From assembly GCA_028534125.1 (NCBI GenBank), contig CM052816.1, forward strand, positions 93,498,001 through 93,562,000: a DNA stretch of 64,000 nucleotides, in the 5' to 3' direction. The notes under the pieces were generated by a model that saw only the letters and a list, made by a program, of their open reading frames with translations, was not told the DNA's origin and made no database searches. The position numbers and the translations under genes are program-made. Below are positions 13,574 to 27,469 of the stretch, in pieces (within the stretch, counting starts at the first letter, position 1; each line of letters begins with the position of its first letter). The DNA comes from Lama glama. Taxonomy: Eukaryota.

Positions 13574-15566
13574 GAAGATCAATAAGAAAACAGAGAACTT
13601 GAACAACACCTTAGACCAACTGGACCTAAAAGAGATTTATAGAACACTCCACTCTGCAGCAAAAGAATACATATTTTTCTTAAAGGCACAAAATAAATTA
13701 TTTGTTAGACCATAAAACAGTCAACAAACTCATGAAGATTAAAATCATACCAAGTGTCTTTTCTGATCCCAGTGGAATGAAACTAGAAATTAATAGTAAA
13801 AGGAAAAAATTCATAAATATGTGGAAATTGAACAATGCACTCTTGAACAAACAGTGGGTGAAAGAAGAACACATACAGGAATCAGAAAACATGTTAAGCA
13901 AATGAAGTTAAAATACTTCACGTCTTATGGGATGCAGCAAAAACATCGATAAAGACAACCAAGGAGACAAAGGCATTTTACACTGAAAACTGCAAAACAT
14001 TCTTGAAAGGAACTAAAGAAGACACAAGTAAATGGAAAGACATCCTTTGGTCATGGATTGGAAGACAATATTGTTACAATGTCCGTACCATCCAAAGTGA
14101 TCTACAGATTCAGTGTAATCTCTATCAAAATCTCAATGACATTTTTTAATTCTTTATACATCCTGATTTCAAAGATAGAGTAATAAAATATTACAACACT
14201 ATCATGATTAATGTTACAGACTTCTAATAATCAATATTAGAGTGTAGTACCAATATTACAATGCTATAGTAATCAAAATGTCACATTTCTGGACATTAGT
14301 TGATGTGTATGGTCAATTAATCTTCAATTAGGGTGTCATGGCTACACAATGGGGAAAGAATGATCTCTAACAAATGGTGCTAAGGAAGCTTGACATTCAA
14401 ATGCAGAAGAATGAAGTTAGACTTATATCTTATGTCTTATAGAAAAATTAACTCAAAATGGATTAAAGTTGTAAATGTAAGACTTACAACAATAAAGTTC
14501 CCAGAAGAAAATCTAGGGTGAAACTTCATGACATTGGATTTGGCAATGATTTCTTGAATATGACACCAAAATAGCAAAAAATAAAAACAAAAATAAACAA
14601 ATGGGACTACATCAAACTTAAATATTTCTGTGTAGCAAAGAAAACACTCAACAGGGTGAAAAGACAAGCTAAGGAATGGAAGAAAATATTTCACCCCATG
14701 TATCTGATAAGAGATTAATATCCAGAATATATAGAAAATGTCTACAAATTTTTAACAACAAAAAAACCTATTAGTTAAAAAAATGGGACAATGACTTAAA
14801 TTGACCTATCTCCAAAGAAGATATACAAATGGCCAAAAAGCATGAAAAATAAAAAAGTTGTGCAACATCACTAATTATCAGGGAAATGAAAACTAAAACC
14901 ACAATGAGATATCACCTCATACCATTAGAATGGCCGCTCTGAAAAATGAGAAAATAACAAATGTTGGAAAAGATGAATTGAATTCTTTTAGGGGTAATGC
15001 AAAATGGTGCAGCCACTATGGAAAAGAGAATGGAAGTTTACCAAAAAACCAAAACTAGAACTTTGATATGATCTAGTAATCCCACTTCTGGGTACACATT
15101 TGAAAGAATAAAAACAGGCTCTTGAAGAGATAGTTACACATCTGTGTTCATTGCTACTTTATTCACAATAGCTAAGAGATAGAAGAAAACTAAATATCCA
15201 TTAACAGATCAATGGATAAGGATATGCATAAAATGGCATATTATTCAGCCTTAAAAATAAGGAAATTCTGCAATATGCTGCAACATTTGAAGACATTTCT
15301 AAGTAAAGAAAGACAGACAAGACAAATATTGTATGATTCCACTTACACAAAATTTCTAAAGGAGTCAGAGACAAAGTAAAATTGTGGTTTTCTGGGCCCG
15401 AGGAAAGAAAGGAATAGAGAGTTATTCAATATAGATTTTCAGTTCTGCAAGATGAAAAAGTTCTAGAGATCTGTCACAATACAGTTAACACTACCGTGCA
15501 GTACACTGAAAAATGATTAAGATGGTAAATTTTTGATATGTTTTTACCACAATAAAAAGCATAAAA
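13574..15566 (+). mobile_element. L1 (L1MA9-L1MB-like): ORF2 EN region, large internal deletion, then ORF2 C-terminus and 3'UTR
   Basis: 'IIPSVFSDPSGMKLEIN...NMWKLNNALLNKQWVKEE' (EN end); jump near 13950 to post-RT sequence; 3' end 'ttttaccacaataaaaa'. Confidence 0.9.
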
Positions 15567-17889
15567 ATTGGCACAGTGTGGTTTTCTAAGGGAGATTTTT
15601 TGTTTATTTGCTTTCTTTCCTTGGAGAATAATTCCTCTTGACTGAGTATGGCTTAAAGTTAGTTCATTCTTCTATGTTAAAGGACCTAGTACAGTATCTC
15701 ACTAGTTAATTATCATGTTTGTTGATTTGAATTGATTAAATTGAATTGAAGAAAGTAAGAGAACGTTTAGAACATCCGATGACTATTTTGGTTTAACTGT
15801 CAATAATTTTGAAGCACAGTCTTTAAAATTTGTTTCTGCTCCCATTTCTACTTATTTCTCCACTAAAGAAACAAGACAAAAAACATAAACAGTAACTAAA
15901 TCATAAAACTATGACTGTTTATAGGCAATGGGTGTGTGCACATGGCTTTGGGATAAAAGAGATGGGATTCACAACCCTATATACAGACTCAGACACCTAA
16001 TGGTGAGTCAGCTTTGGTTTTGGGGGGCATTATTATTCCACTGAAGGATGAGTAATAGATTTTTCCTATGTTTTCATAAAGTTGCTCATATAAAGAACAT
16101 GTCTCTTTCCCGCTTTATTTTAGATGCCCTTCAAAATTGCAAAGCCAACACATTTTGACTTCAATTTAGCAGTTCTACAACATGCTTAGGAAAATTAATA
16201 TTGTGCTTACAACTTGTAGTGGTGCTTTAGAAAAATTAGAGACTTTCCCATAAAACGGGCTACCCTCCTGGCGGTTTTAATGACGTTCTCCTGCAGCAGA
16301 TGCTCCTAATATTCATGAATCACTTGTGGCACAAATCGTGTATCCCTACCAACGTCATGAACTGAATGTGGTAACAGTAGTCAAATAAACAGTTAAAATA
16401 AAGACTTGCAAGCTGAAAGATCATCTTTACCGTCCAAATCTTGTTACTGCTGATGCCATTAGAACAGAAATCTCTCTGCCAGAACAAAAACTACAATAAC
16501 AAATTTGAGACAATGCTTTAGACATATGCCAGCTAATTTAATTATATTTGGAGTTTGCTTTAAGCATATCTTTCATCATTCTAATGAACAATGTATTTAA
16601 TAGATGTATTAAAATACTATCCTAGATCAGATTCATTTTCCACATACCCCCAAATTTTACTTTGGGTAGAAATATTAAGATCACAATTTGATAAAATATG
16701 GTATTGTTTTTTGTATCAAGATTTGAGACTGTAACTCTGGAAGTCACTTTTTTTTCGTTCAAAATAATATTTATCTATTAAACATACATTTACTTCAACA
16801 TTACTAGAGCTCATCTTTACTTTAAGCCCATACCTCCCTGAGACAATAAATTTTTAAAATGTCAGTGATTTTATAAATAAAATAGTACTTCTTTTTGCTT
16901 GATCTCCTTGCATTTGTTAAGCACTAGGGATACTTGCTTATTTTTCACTTCTTCCATTTCTGCACAATTCTTGGTCTTTAATTGTATACTTCTCAGTCTC
17001 CAAATTCTTTGGATGAAATATCTTACTACAAAATATAAAAAGAATATTAACAATCTTGGCACTTTTAATCTAGAAATCCTAGGAAATGATTATAGCCAGT
17101 TACTTGTCAATGTATTATTTATAGTCAATTTATTATTTTTTTCTGCCATGAAAATAAGAACTAGAAAATAAGAATCTAGAAGATAAAAGTGTCTACACCA
17201 CACACTTTGGCCATTCCACCCACCTGGGGAACATTGCTATGCCTTGGAGATAAAATGTTTACTTTGTTACATACCTGCATTTGAAATCCCTGGATAATTT
17301 TGAAGACTCAAAAATTATTTCCACAAGGTAATCAAACTGTCGTTGATTAGAGTTGCTGCTCTCATTACATTTCCTCTTTGGTCTGCTCTAGTCTGAGTTA
17401 GAGACAATGAGAGAAAACACCTATGGAAGACTTTCCAATTGCTCCAAATGCCATTATATTTTTTACTGTATTAAACACATGATGACAATTACTTTAATGG
17501 TAATGATTTAATATGATGAGGGTAATGATGGTTTGCAAGTGACAAAAATACAAGAGGTCTACTATTGGTATGTTGTCATCATAGAATTGGTTTAGACAAA
17601 GACAGGAAAGAAATGTAACTGTTTGCATGATTTTTAATATAAGCTGGGTTAGAGATTTGGATCAAATCATTTCTACTTTTTCCCCAAACTGAGACACACA
17701 CTCCAAGATGTTTTTGGTCCTATGAACCGGGGATACAGGATGAAATCAGGTTGCAGTGAACTCTAGCCCCACCTTATAACTGTGGACATTTGTCTTTAGA
17801 AGTACCATGAAATTGGTTTTCAGATCCCAAATCAATGCACAAAGCCTCATCTGCGTACTAGCTCCTTTTTCTTTTAATGGAAAGCTGAT

Positions 17890-18110
17890 TCATTCTGTAG
17901 TCAATCAGACCTTACATTGAATCCCAGGTGCGATATTTACTACCCTTATAATTTGGGACAGTGTACTTTAACTGAGTCTCATTTTCCTCCAGTAATAAAC
18001 AGAATTGAAATATACATAACTTACAGGGTGGTGTAATCATTTTATGATGTAACATATGTGAAAGGGTGTGCAGTGCAATATCTGTGTGCAGTAAGTGCTT
18101 AATGACTATT
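17890..18110 (+). mobile_element. MIR SINE
   Basis: 'cagaccttacattgaatcccagg...ctgagtctcattttcctc...cagtaagtgcttaat'. Confidence 0.7.
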
Positions 18111-18551
18111 TCCTTTTCTCCTTCACTTTTGCATCCAAATCATAATTGAGAGGCAGCAGTGTTGATCACAAGGGAAGCCCATGGGTTAGTCACTATTTCA
18201 GAACAAACTGAGATTTAAAGAGAAGGCGAAACAGAGAAAGCAGGATTAGAAGAGTCACAGATTGGTGATCCAGATCTGCCTCTGCTATTAGAAGTGTAAC
18301 CATCATATATCCTGAACATCCTTATCTGTGTAATGACTGTGCTTGAATTAATATTCAAATTATCATCCAGCCTGAATGTCTTTTGTCTTTCACCAAGTTA
18401 TTTACAAAATAAAAGCACACATTTAACTTGACCTGCATTATTCACTCTTAATTAATTAGTGAATTACCCTGTTATTAATTGGTTTAAAAGACCACTTGGT
18501 GAAATTTAAAAAGATGTTTGTAAAATAACGAGTTAGTGGACAGAATTTCTT

Positions 18552-19938
18552 CTTTTATATATATTTCATTTTTATTGAACTAAAATTGGCATATAATATT
18601 ATAATAGTTTCAGGTATAAAACATAGTGATTCAACATTTATACACATTATACATTCATCACCATGGTAAGTCCAGAAGCCATCTGTTACCATGAGAAGTT
18701 ATTGTGATATTATTGACTATATTCCCTAGGCTGTACATTACATCTGTGTGGCTTATTTATTTTCAAGTGGAATCTTATACCTCTTAATCGCCTTCACTTA
18801 TTTTGCCCAGTCCCCCAGCTCTCTTCTATCTGGCGACCACAAGTTTGTTCTCTGTATCTGAGTCTGCTTCTGTTTTGTTTGGTTGGTTCATTTATTTTGT
18901 TTTTTAGATTCCACATTTAAATGAAATCATAAGTTATTTGTCATTCTCTGACTTTCTTTCCTTAGAATACTATCTTCTAGGTTCATCCATGTTGTCACAA
19001 GAGGCAAGATTTCATTCTTTTTATGGCTGAGTAATATTCCATTTTATGTTTATATATGTATATATATTTATGTATGTGTGTACATGTGTGTACATATATA
19101 TATATATACATACACACATGTATGTATCTCACATCTTCTTTATACATTTATGTATCAGTGGACACTCAAATTGCTTCCTCATCTTGGCTGCTGTAAATAA
19201 TGCTACTATGAACATAGGGGTGCATGTATCTTTTTGAATTAGTGTTTTTGTTTTCTTTGGATAAATGTCCAGAAATGAAATTGCTGGATCATAAGGCAGT
19301 TACATTTTTAATTTTTTTGAGGAAACTCCATACTGTTTTCCATAGTGGTATAACAGACTCCCACCAACAATATACAAGAATTCCCTGTTCTCCACATCCT
19401 TCCCAACACTTGTTTTTTTGTTGCCTTTTTGATAATAGCCATTCTGACAGGTGTGAACTGAAATCTTATTGTGGTTTTGATTTTTCATTTCCCTGATGAT
19501 TAGTGATGATGAACATCTTTTCATGTGCCTGTTGACCATCTGTATGTCTTTTTTGGAAAAATGACGATTCAAGCCTTCTGTCCATTTTTAAATTTGATAT
19601 TTTTTGTATTGAGTTGTGTGAGTACTTTACATATTTTTGACATTAACCTCTGTTGGATATATCATTTGCAAATATCTTCTCCCATTCAGTAGCTTGCCTT
19701 TTCATTTTGTTGATGGTTTCCTTCACCATGCAAAAGTTTTAAAAAATTTGACATAGTCCCATTTGTTTAGTTTTGCCTTTGTTGCCTTTGCCTGAGGAGA
19801 CAGATCCAAAAAATACCAAGACTGATGTCAGCAAGTGTACTGCTTATGTTTTCTTCCAGGAATTTTATGATTTCAAGTCTTACATTTAAGTCTTTAATCC
19901 CTTTGAGTTTATTTTTGTATATGGTGTAAAAAAGTGGT
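18552..19938 (-). mobile_element. 5'-truncated L1 (L1MA9-like/laurasiatherian): 3'UTR plus ORF2 C-terminus
   Basis: ORF 19300-19572 '[29 protein letters not shown]' is L1 ORF2; T-rich tail on the left; internal TA/TG microsatellite near 19046-19126. Confidence 0.95.
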
Positions 19939-22289
19939 ACACAGATGCTATAATTGTTAATTCTATTTGTTTCATTTAATGGAAGAGTTGATGTCTAGTA
20001 TGTTAGCTTACTGGCATCCTCTTCTGAGGAATTTCCCTTCATCACATGTTATTTCACTTCACCACGTTTTGTAGATGTTCCTATAGCTGGGATTCCCTTG
20101 CTCACCTTGGCCACAATACCTTTTTGGCTTTGTAATTATGAAGGAAGAAGAATAAAAATTCCTGTATTACAATTCCCCTTTTTCCTCCCATTGACATTAA
20201 TTAAAAGGCCCTAGGACAAATGGTTAGCAGGGGTAGAGTGGCAAAAGTTAAAGCAGGATAGTGGTAAATGATTTTAACTGATGTCTTAAATCATAAGTTT
20301 GTAGCTTGGAAGGGACTTAATACTGAACATCAATGAATTTTCCTGTTTGCTTTTTCTGATCTACTCTGATGAGAGCCGTTCTTCCATTTTACCATTTATT
20401 TCCTTAGACTTGGAAGTTGTCTTTATTTTCTATGTTGCTCAGTATTTTAGAGGTGGGAAATTCTAGATAAATAGATAGGTTACATGGGTATTGAATTAGG
20501 TTTGCTGATACATAGACGAGATGTACTTGTTCTTTGAATGCTTCATTTACTTTTATAATTGAGTAGCTACACATTTGTCCTCTCAAATATCTGACATTGA
20601 TAGCCTTTTGTGAAATGAACTTATGATTAAAACAAAATAATATGCAGAAATTAGTACTTACTTGATACAATTATCAACTCTTCTTATGAAGATTAAATTC
20701 ATATAACAATAAATATAGAAACACAAAGTTACAATAACTTTGTAAGTAATAATTTCATTCAACACCCTGTGTGAAATAATAACATGTAAAATTAGTATAA
20801 TTTGTTTGCTTCCAGAGAAGCATTCTAAGAACCTTTTGAAGCCAGAAGTCCCATCTGCACTTCACAGATATGCAATAATTTATTCCGGGGTTGTGTTCAT
20901 GAATTGCATGAATTGCATTGAAAACAAATGCAAATATCTACTTCACAGTGCATTTTTAACCTTGAAACAAAAGAAATAAAACACTTTAGTTCCTCATGAA
21001 CCATAGCATTTGCTAGCTTGAGCAGTGTACATTCTGTCAAATAATGAGACTGACTTTTAAACACCATGATAACACTTTTGCAACACAGAAAATAAGAGGA
21101 AAAAGGTTGGACTTACAGAGCTGCTATAGAGTGTAAGGAATCCTGAATGAATAATTATGGGAGTGTGCAACCTTGGTCTACCTTCCTTTCCAATGAGATT
21201 AATTTCTGAAACCGAGGCTAATTAGGATTGAATATACCATCTTCAGAACAGCCTGGACCACTCCACATAAACAGTAGTCCAAGAGAAGTTTCCAAAGGGC
21301 TAAACTCTGTGTCAGGGTGACGTCATGGAGACACCAAGTCTTGTCAGGGCATCTGGTTTCATTTCTGAATGTGATGCATGAACACTTATTTTTTCCCCTC
21401 TGCCAGACCTCTCTACATTGTACCCTGGCAGTGCAGTGGTTGAACATTCATTTCAAAGAGCTAAGTATACAATGAAGTGAAAATTATACCCAAACCGGAG
21501 AGTTGTGTATCTATCTGCCTTGAGTTAGGCCACTCAAGTAGCTCAGCGCTACTGTCAGTAGTTAAAAGAGCAAAACATGCTATAGGATGTTATAACCCTG
21601 TGGTGATATGGGCAGTCTTATTCTAATACCTGGAAGATAAGAGAAATAAAAGAAGAACCTACTCATTTTGCACAGACAGTTCTGTGGAGCCCCCAGCCAA
21701 TTCAATTACCCAGATGGTATTAGAGGTCTCAAATTCTGCAATAGGTAGTCTCACATCCCACCTTGAGCATTTAGAAGGACAATGTTAATTGAAGAGGGTA
21801 CCATAGGCCAAGAAAAAGAAGCCACAATGAAAAAAGTAGTCTTCTTATCTTGTACCTAGAAAACTAAATTTTCTCCAGGGTGGCTGTAAAGGAACTTTCC
21901 CTGGCAGAACCTGTCAAAGCCAAGATGGCTTTACCCAGTTGGAAAGAATGGCTGGTTTTCCTCACACCTATCCTGTCTACTGCTGCCTCCTGGTCTGTAA
22001 ATAAGAGTCATTTCTTTACTTCTAGTCTCCCACTCTCCTGCTGAAGTGCATGGCTTCTCATTAAATGCTTACATTTTAAGATCCTAATGCAAATAAAATA
22101 AATGATTTTAATGGGGGTAAGATAGAGATGAGGTGAAGCTGAAGTAAGAAGAAAAGAGAGATGTTCCTCATGGAAAATGAAGGCGTGGTTGCAGAAAATA
22201 CAGGCTGTTGGTGCTGTAAGTGACTGTCTATCTATTCTGCACTTTGGTGAAGTGTGGATTCTAGCCAGACCCTTGGACTCTCTCTAGAT

Positions 22290-23359
22290 CAATGCTTCTC
22301 ACTGTGGACATGGAGCTGGCAGTGGACTGAGGAAAAGATAAACAGAAGCTTTAAGAGAAGAGATTAGAAACTTTATAGCAATTTGGTATCACGAGGACAT
22401 CCAACATGGGATCAGTGGACTCATTCCTCGAACAAACACAGATGGGTTCAGATGGGTTCAGGTGTCGTAGATCTTTCCTTATAAGATGCTCATGGTACAA
22501 ACTCTGTAGTGGTTACACACAGTAGGAGTTCATTACTGTTTTGTGGTGTTTCCAGATGAGTATGTCAACCATAGCTAACAAGTATATGAAAACCAGAATC
22601 CACTTAGTTTCACTAAAAGATAATTTAAATTTAACCAAAACTTTACAGAATAAATGATTGGAAATGGCTGCTGGTATAGGAGTGAAAATGAATTTTTAAA
22701 ATGCAGAATCACTTGCTTTATATGTTCTATGAAATTAAAATACGAATATCTTGAGCTTACTGAAATTGCTTTAAAATTTTTTTCTTAGCTCCCACCAATT
22801 TCTGTGAGGCTGAATTTTCTAGAATCAATGTTTTCAAAGCAAAACCAAAAGAAGGAGCTTATAAACATTATTACAGAAATGTCTTTGTTGCCAATCTAAC
22901 TTTGTATTTAGGCTAAAACAATAAGCAAGTTTATTTGTCATATGAAATATTAATATACATAGTGTTCATTCGAAGGATATATGTATGTGTGTGTATCTGT
23001 GTGTGTATGTGTGTGTTTAGCATGGGTAAATTAGTACTTTGTAACTTGTGGAAAATTATGGCTATAGAATGACAAAAAGTTACGTGCAACAGCATTTTTC
23101 TCTATTGTTTGTCCTTATGCACACTTTAAATAAACAAAACTTACAATATTTAAATTATTTTTTTCTCCATCGTATGTTTGTTCAACATTTATTGATATTT
23201 GTCTGCTGACACTTGTATTACAATTGGGGCTTATAGTTTCATTTTTTAATTTTAATTTATTAGTACTTAATATTTGCATTTTATAAAGCTATTGGTTCAC
23301 AGTGGTTATTAAAAACAAAGCAAGCAAACAATCATAAAGTTTCCTCAGTAACAACACTG
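22290..23359 (+). mobile_element. Internally deleted hAT-Charlie DNA transposon (Charlie7-like) with decayed transposase C-terminus
   Basis: Termini caatgcttctca / aacactg; flanking 8-mers ctctagat (22282) and ctctattt (23360); 22741 YEYLELTEIALKFF and 22803 CEAEFSRINVFKAK match the hAT dimerisation motif EYPxLxxxAL..LCExGFSxxxxIKTK. Confidence 0.75.
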
Positions 23360-23489
23360 CTCTATTTAAATGTGCCGGATAGAACTGGTTGGTGTCATTT
23401 GGCTGGATAACAAAGGTGGCCATAAGGTAAAATCATTGGTATCTAATTCTACTGAATCTAACTCTAGTAAATACATACATATAATATAT

Positions 23490-24131
23490 ACGTATGTATG
23501 TATGTATGTATGTCTGTATCTCATGTCTTCTTTATCCATTTATCTATCAGTGGACACTCAGTTTGCTTTCTTATCTTGGCTATTGTAAATGATGCTGCAG
23601 TGAAATAGGGGTGCATGTATCTTTTTGAATTAGTGTTTTTGTTTTCTTTGGATAAATATCCAGAAGTGAAATTGCTGGATCATAAGGTAGTTATATTTTT
23701 AATTTTTTGAGGAAACTCCATATTGTTTTCCATAGTGGCTATAACAGTTTCCATTTCCACCAACAATATACAAGAATTCCCTTTTCTCCATATCCTTCCC
23801 AACACTTGTTTTTTTGTTGCCTTTTTGACAATAGCCATTCTAACAGGTGTGAAGTGATATCTTATTGTGGTTTTGACTTTCATTTCCCTGATGATTAGTG
23901 ATGTTGAGCATCTTTTCATGTGCCTGTTGACCATCTGTATGTCCTTTTTGGAAAAATGACTTTTGAAGTCTTCTGTCCATTTTTAAATTGGATATTTTTT
24001 GTATTGAGTGGTGCGATATCTTTATATATTTTGGATACTAACCCCTATTGGATATATCACTTGCAAATATCTTCTCCCATTCAGTAGCTTGCCTTTTCAT
24101 TTTGTTGATGGTTTCCTTCACCATGCAAAAG
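23490..24131 (-). mobile_element. L1 ORF2 C-terminal fragment, closely similar to 19110-19736
   Basis: ORF 23680-23934 '[38 protein letters not shown]'; no 3'UTR or tail. Confidence 0.95.
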
Positions 24132-26051
24132 ATGCATTTCTCTGGCTGCTTCATTTTGACATGAGTATTAAATGATATCTTTCTCTGACCCAGAGATCTT
24201 GCATTTTTCTGTCGTACATTTGAAAATGTATATCAAAATGTGGCAGGATAACTTGTTAGCTTGAAAGTAGGAGAAATCTCAGAGCTTTCATTGTTTCTGA
24301 CTTAACAGGAGCATGCTTCCTCAGCAAATTTCTTCTTATATTTTATTAGAACAGAAGAACATAGCTAATCTTAGACAAATCAATGACAACCAAGAATGAG
24401 ATAATGCAACTAGTTTATCACCATCATAACTTATCTCTTGGTCTTGGGGGAGCACTTCCTCTTTTGTACAAGGTAACTCTACGCCCTCCAGAGATTTATT
24501 TTTTAAGAAGTCATTGTGTCTGTGAGTGTGGGTAACCAATGCATGGGCAATGAATGGTGTATCTGCCATATACTGTAAACCTAGAAGTCCATTAACAGTG
24601 TATGTGCTCATCAATACTGAATACAAAATTCCTTCAGGTGAAGGAATTGTGTCTAATTTATACTAAAATATATTTAGCGCTAAGTATAGACTTTTTTACA
24701 TATAGATGTTTAATATAGGTTGATTTAAAGAATAAATTTATGTTAGCCAACATCATATTTCTAAAAATAATTAATGGAAATTCCTAAAATATGTAATAAA
24801 AAGGAGGGGGAAATATATCTAAGACACTGGGTGAGAACAAGTTCTATTTCTTGACTGACTGATTCTGGAAGTTTCCTATATACTGGAAAAAAATTCTAAT
24901 AAATTACAATAATACTATTTCATGTAACTATTATCTTTCTTTAGTATTAAGATTGGCTTGGATGTTCCACTTCTACATGCTACACAGGCACTTCAGTATT
25001 GTAACTGTCAAATTCTTATATGATTTATAAACTGGTAGCTAAAACATCAATGATGTTGTCAAAGAAATTGTTCTATATTCTTTAAAAGTATATTTATAGT
25101 CAGAACAGAATAAATATGGGGGCATGCATTTATTCTTAGTGATTTTCTTGTCAAAATTTATTGGGATTACTTGTCAGGTGAGCACCAATCTTATTGTCTG
25201 TGCCATAAAATCAACCTGGCATTAGAACACTAAGCTGTGTTCTTCTAGTGCTCTGTAGCTATTGATAGCATGCATTTTTGAAATTGAAAATTATTAGGCA
25301 AAGTTAGTGATAAAGTAAATGATGCAACATAAGACAACTTTACTACAATACCTCTGCACAATTAAATTACTGCTTAGAGTATGAAATAAATTAATTTTAA
25401 GTCAACCATAGCCAAAGAAATACAACAGAGCAAGCAGCAAAATTTAATCATCTTTCCCATCAATAATAGCAAATATTGAGATATATTTATAGCTAGAAAG
25501 GATTTTGAATATTATTTATTTAATCTAACATGTTAGTCACAGATAAGTTAAATGGCTCACTAAGGCCACACAACAGGGTTCCAACTACGCATGGTACCAC
25601 GTATCAGCGTGGCACCTGTAAGATATCCACTACCCTGGAGTATTTATTCCTGACTCTGTCTAGAGAATTAACCAATCATTATTTGAATTTGTTCCTTTTA
25701 TGTACTTGATTGTTGACAAAATGATCAATATTGCACATGGATATAATGAAATATAAGCGCTTATTATAATTTTATCAATCATTCATAAAATGTCAGTCTT
25801 GACTCACCCAGCAAACTACTTTCCCGTGGTTTTTAACTGTGCTTCATTCAACTTCTCTATTCTGTGGTTCTCCAATGAGAAGACATTTTCCTACACCTGA
25901 TAGAAACCGCCCTGTTGGGACAGGCTTGCATTCCCCACAAAGGAGGAAACCTCAGAGCCATGGTACAATGTCTCACATATTTAAGTGGACCCAACATGAT
26001 AAAGCTGCGAAAACGTTTTTGTTATTTCCACATTAACTAATAGAAGTAAAG

Positions 26052-26290
26052 AAACTAACATTTATTGGGTATCTTTTGTGAAATATGTCTTTAAAAAGCA
26101 CTTTATAGGTATAGCACATTCTTACAATGACCCTGTAGGATTGGCATTATTATGACCATTTGACAAATGCAGAAAGTGGAGGTTTGTAAAGGTTGAATCA
26201 TTTGCATAGGTTTCTACATCTATTACACAGTGAATATTGTGTAGCGATTCAAATCCAGGCCTGTCAGTCTTCAATGTCTTTTCTGTGAAA
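26052..26290 (-). mobile_element. MIR SINE
   Basis: 'actaacatttattggg...ccatttgacaaatgcagaaagtggagg...gattcaaatccaggcctgtc'. Confidence 0.75.
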
Positions 26291-27469
26291 TAGTGACCAC
26301 TTATTAACACTAAAATATTTCCAATTAGTGAAGGGCTCTATTTGATGTATTGTCCTCAAGAGTACTGTTGTAATCTGTGATCAATAATCACAGGAATGCA
26401 GAAATTGCACAAATCTTCCAAATTTGTGGGGAGAACATTATAAGAGAAACAATCAGCATCTTTTCTTAGAAAATGAGATAGCGAAGTCTGGAATAGTGCC
26501 TAGCATTGGAGAGTATGGAGGGAAGAAATTTGAAATACCTTCAAATCATGGACAACTGCTTACCCAGGGTTGGGCAACCTAACATTGGGCGTTAATTATC
26601 CAAGGTCTAAGGTAGCAATGTCTTCATTATGTTTTTCACTGTCCACTTTCTGAGCTCCTTTTTCTGAGCTCTGAATGCCACTCTGGTCATTCCATGGCAT
26701 GGGTCCCTGGGAAGGCAGAGAGATTTGTATGGAATTGTCTTCACCCTGATTGTGCTTGACAGCCTATAATGATGAAATGATGGCTGTTCTTCCATGTCAA
26801 TTAAAGTGTGTCTTCTGTGCTGAGGTTGTCACTTCTGGAGATGCTTTTCTAACATAAACCCTCCATCTAGCAAGAACCAGAGAAGAATGTATAAAATCCC
26901 TCACACTTTTGATTACTGCTGACCTGATATGTATTGGAATTGGTGACCTGGAGCTGAAAGGCTTGGTTTTCCCTCACCAATTATCCCCTTGAGCCATTCA
27001 CTGTCCTATTTACCCATGGTTACCAGCCTTCCTTCACCCATCAGGGACCTGACTCCAAAGGAAGGTTAAATAGTTTGTTTTCCAACAACACCCTGAAAGC
27101 AAAATATAACTCTATAAAACGTTTCATCCATGAAGGGCAATCAGAGTTTCATTCATTGGAAAAAAACAAAGAGCATCGGGACCTTGTCACATAAAGAATG
27201 CTTGTTGCATTTTGAAAGAAGAGTTACATTCACCTCTGGAGTTAAAGAACCCAAAACATAACTGGGAGCCACATTTATACACTATTTATTCTGGACAGTC
27301 AAAATTGCAGGCAGCTAGGAAAAATGCCAACTTAAATTTTCCCAGAACTGCTTCAGAAGAGAATTAAGTGGAAAGCAAGTTTTATTAGAATTAGGTGAAC
27401 ACTGTAGGTTTAAAATGGAAAAATCTTAAAGTAACAAGAGAAATGAGCAAGTATTTAAATAAACTTTAA

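Noticed and set aside
14187..14274. CRISPR-like or other repeat-spacer array (also considered for 6641-6690)
   Set aside because: Head-to-tail tandem units with no unique spacers, in mammalian DNA with no cas-like ORFs.
11885..15566. A single L1 whose RT segment was inverted around the MLT1A element
   Set aside because: The minus-strand RT piece and the plus-strand L1 overlap in consensus coordinates (KWKDI..AIYRF region) and differ substantially there, so they are more likely independent copies.
22741..22850. Domesticated hAT transposase (ZBED/Buster-like) exon
   Set aside because: Frameshifted, short and embedded in a TSD-flanked transposon relic.
25577..25660. Near-palindrome acgcatggtaccacgt with CpGs
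   Set aside because: Too short and imperfect to distinguish from chance or a small DNA-transposon scrap.
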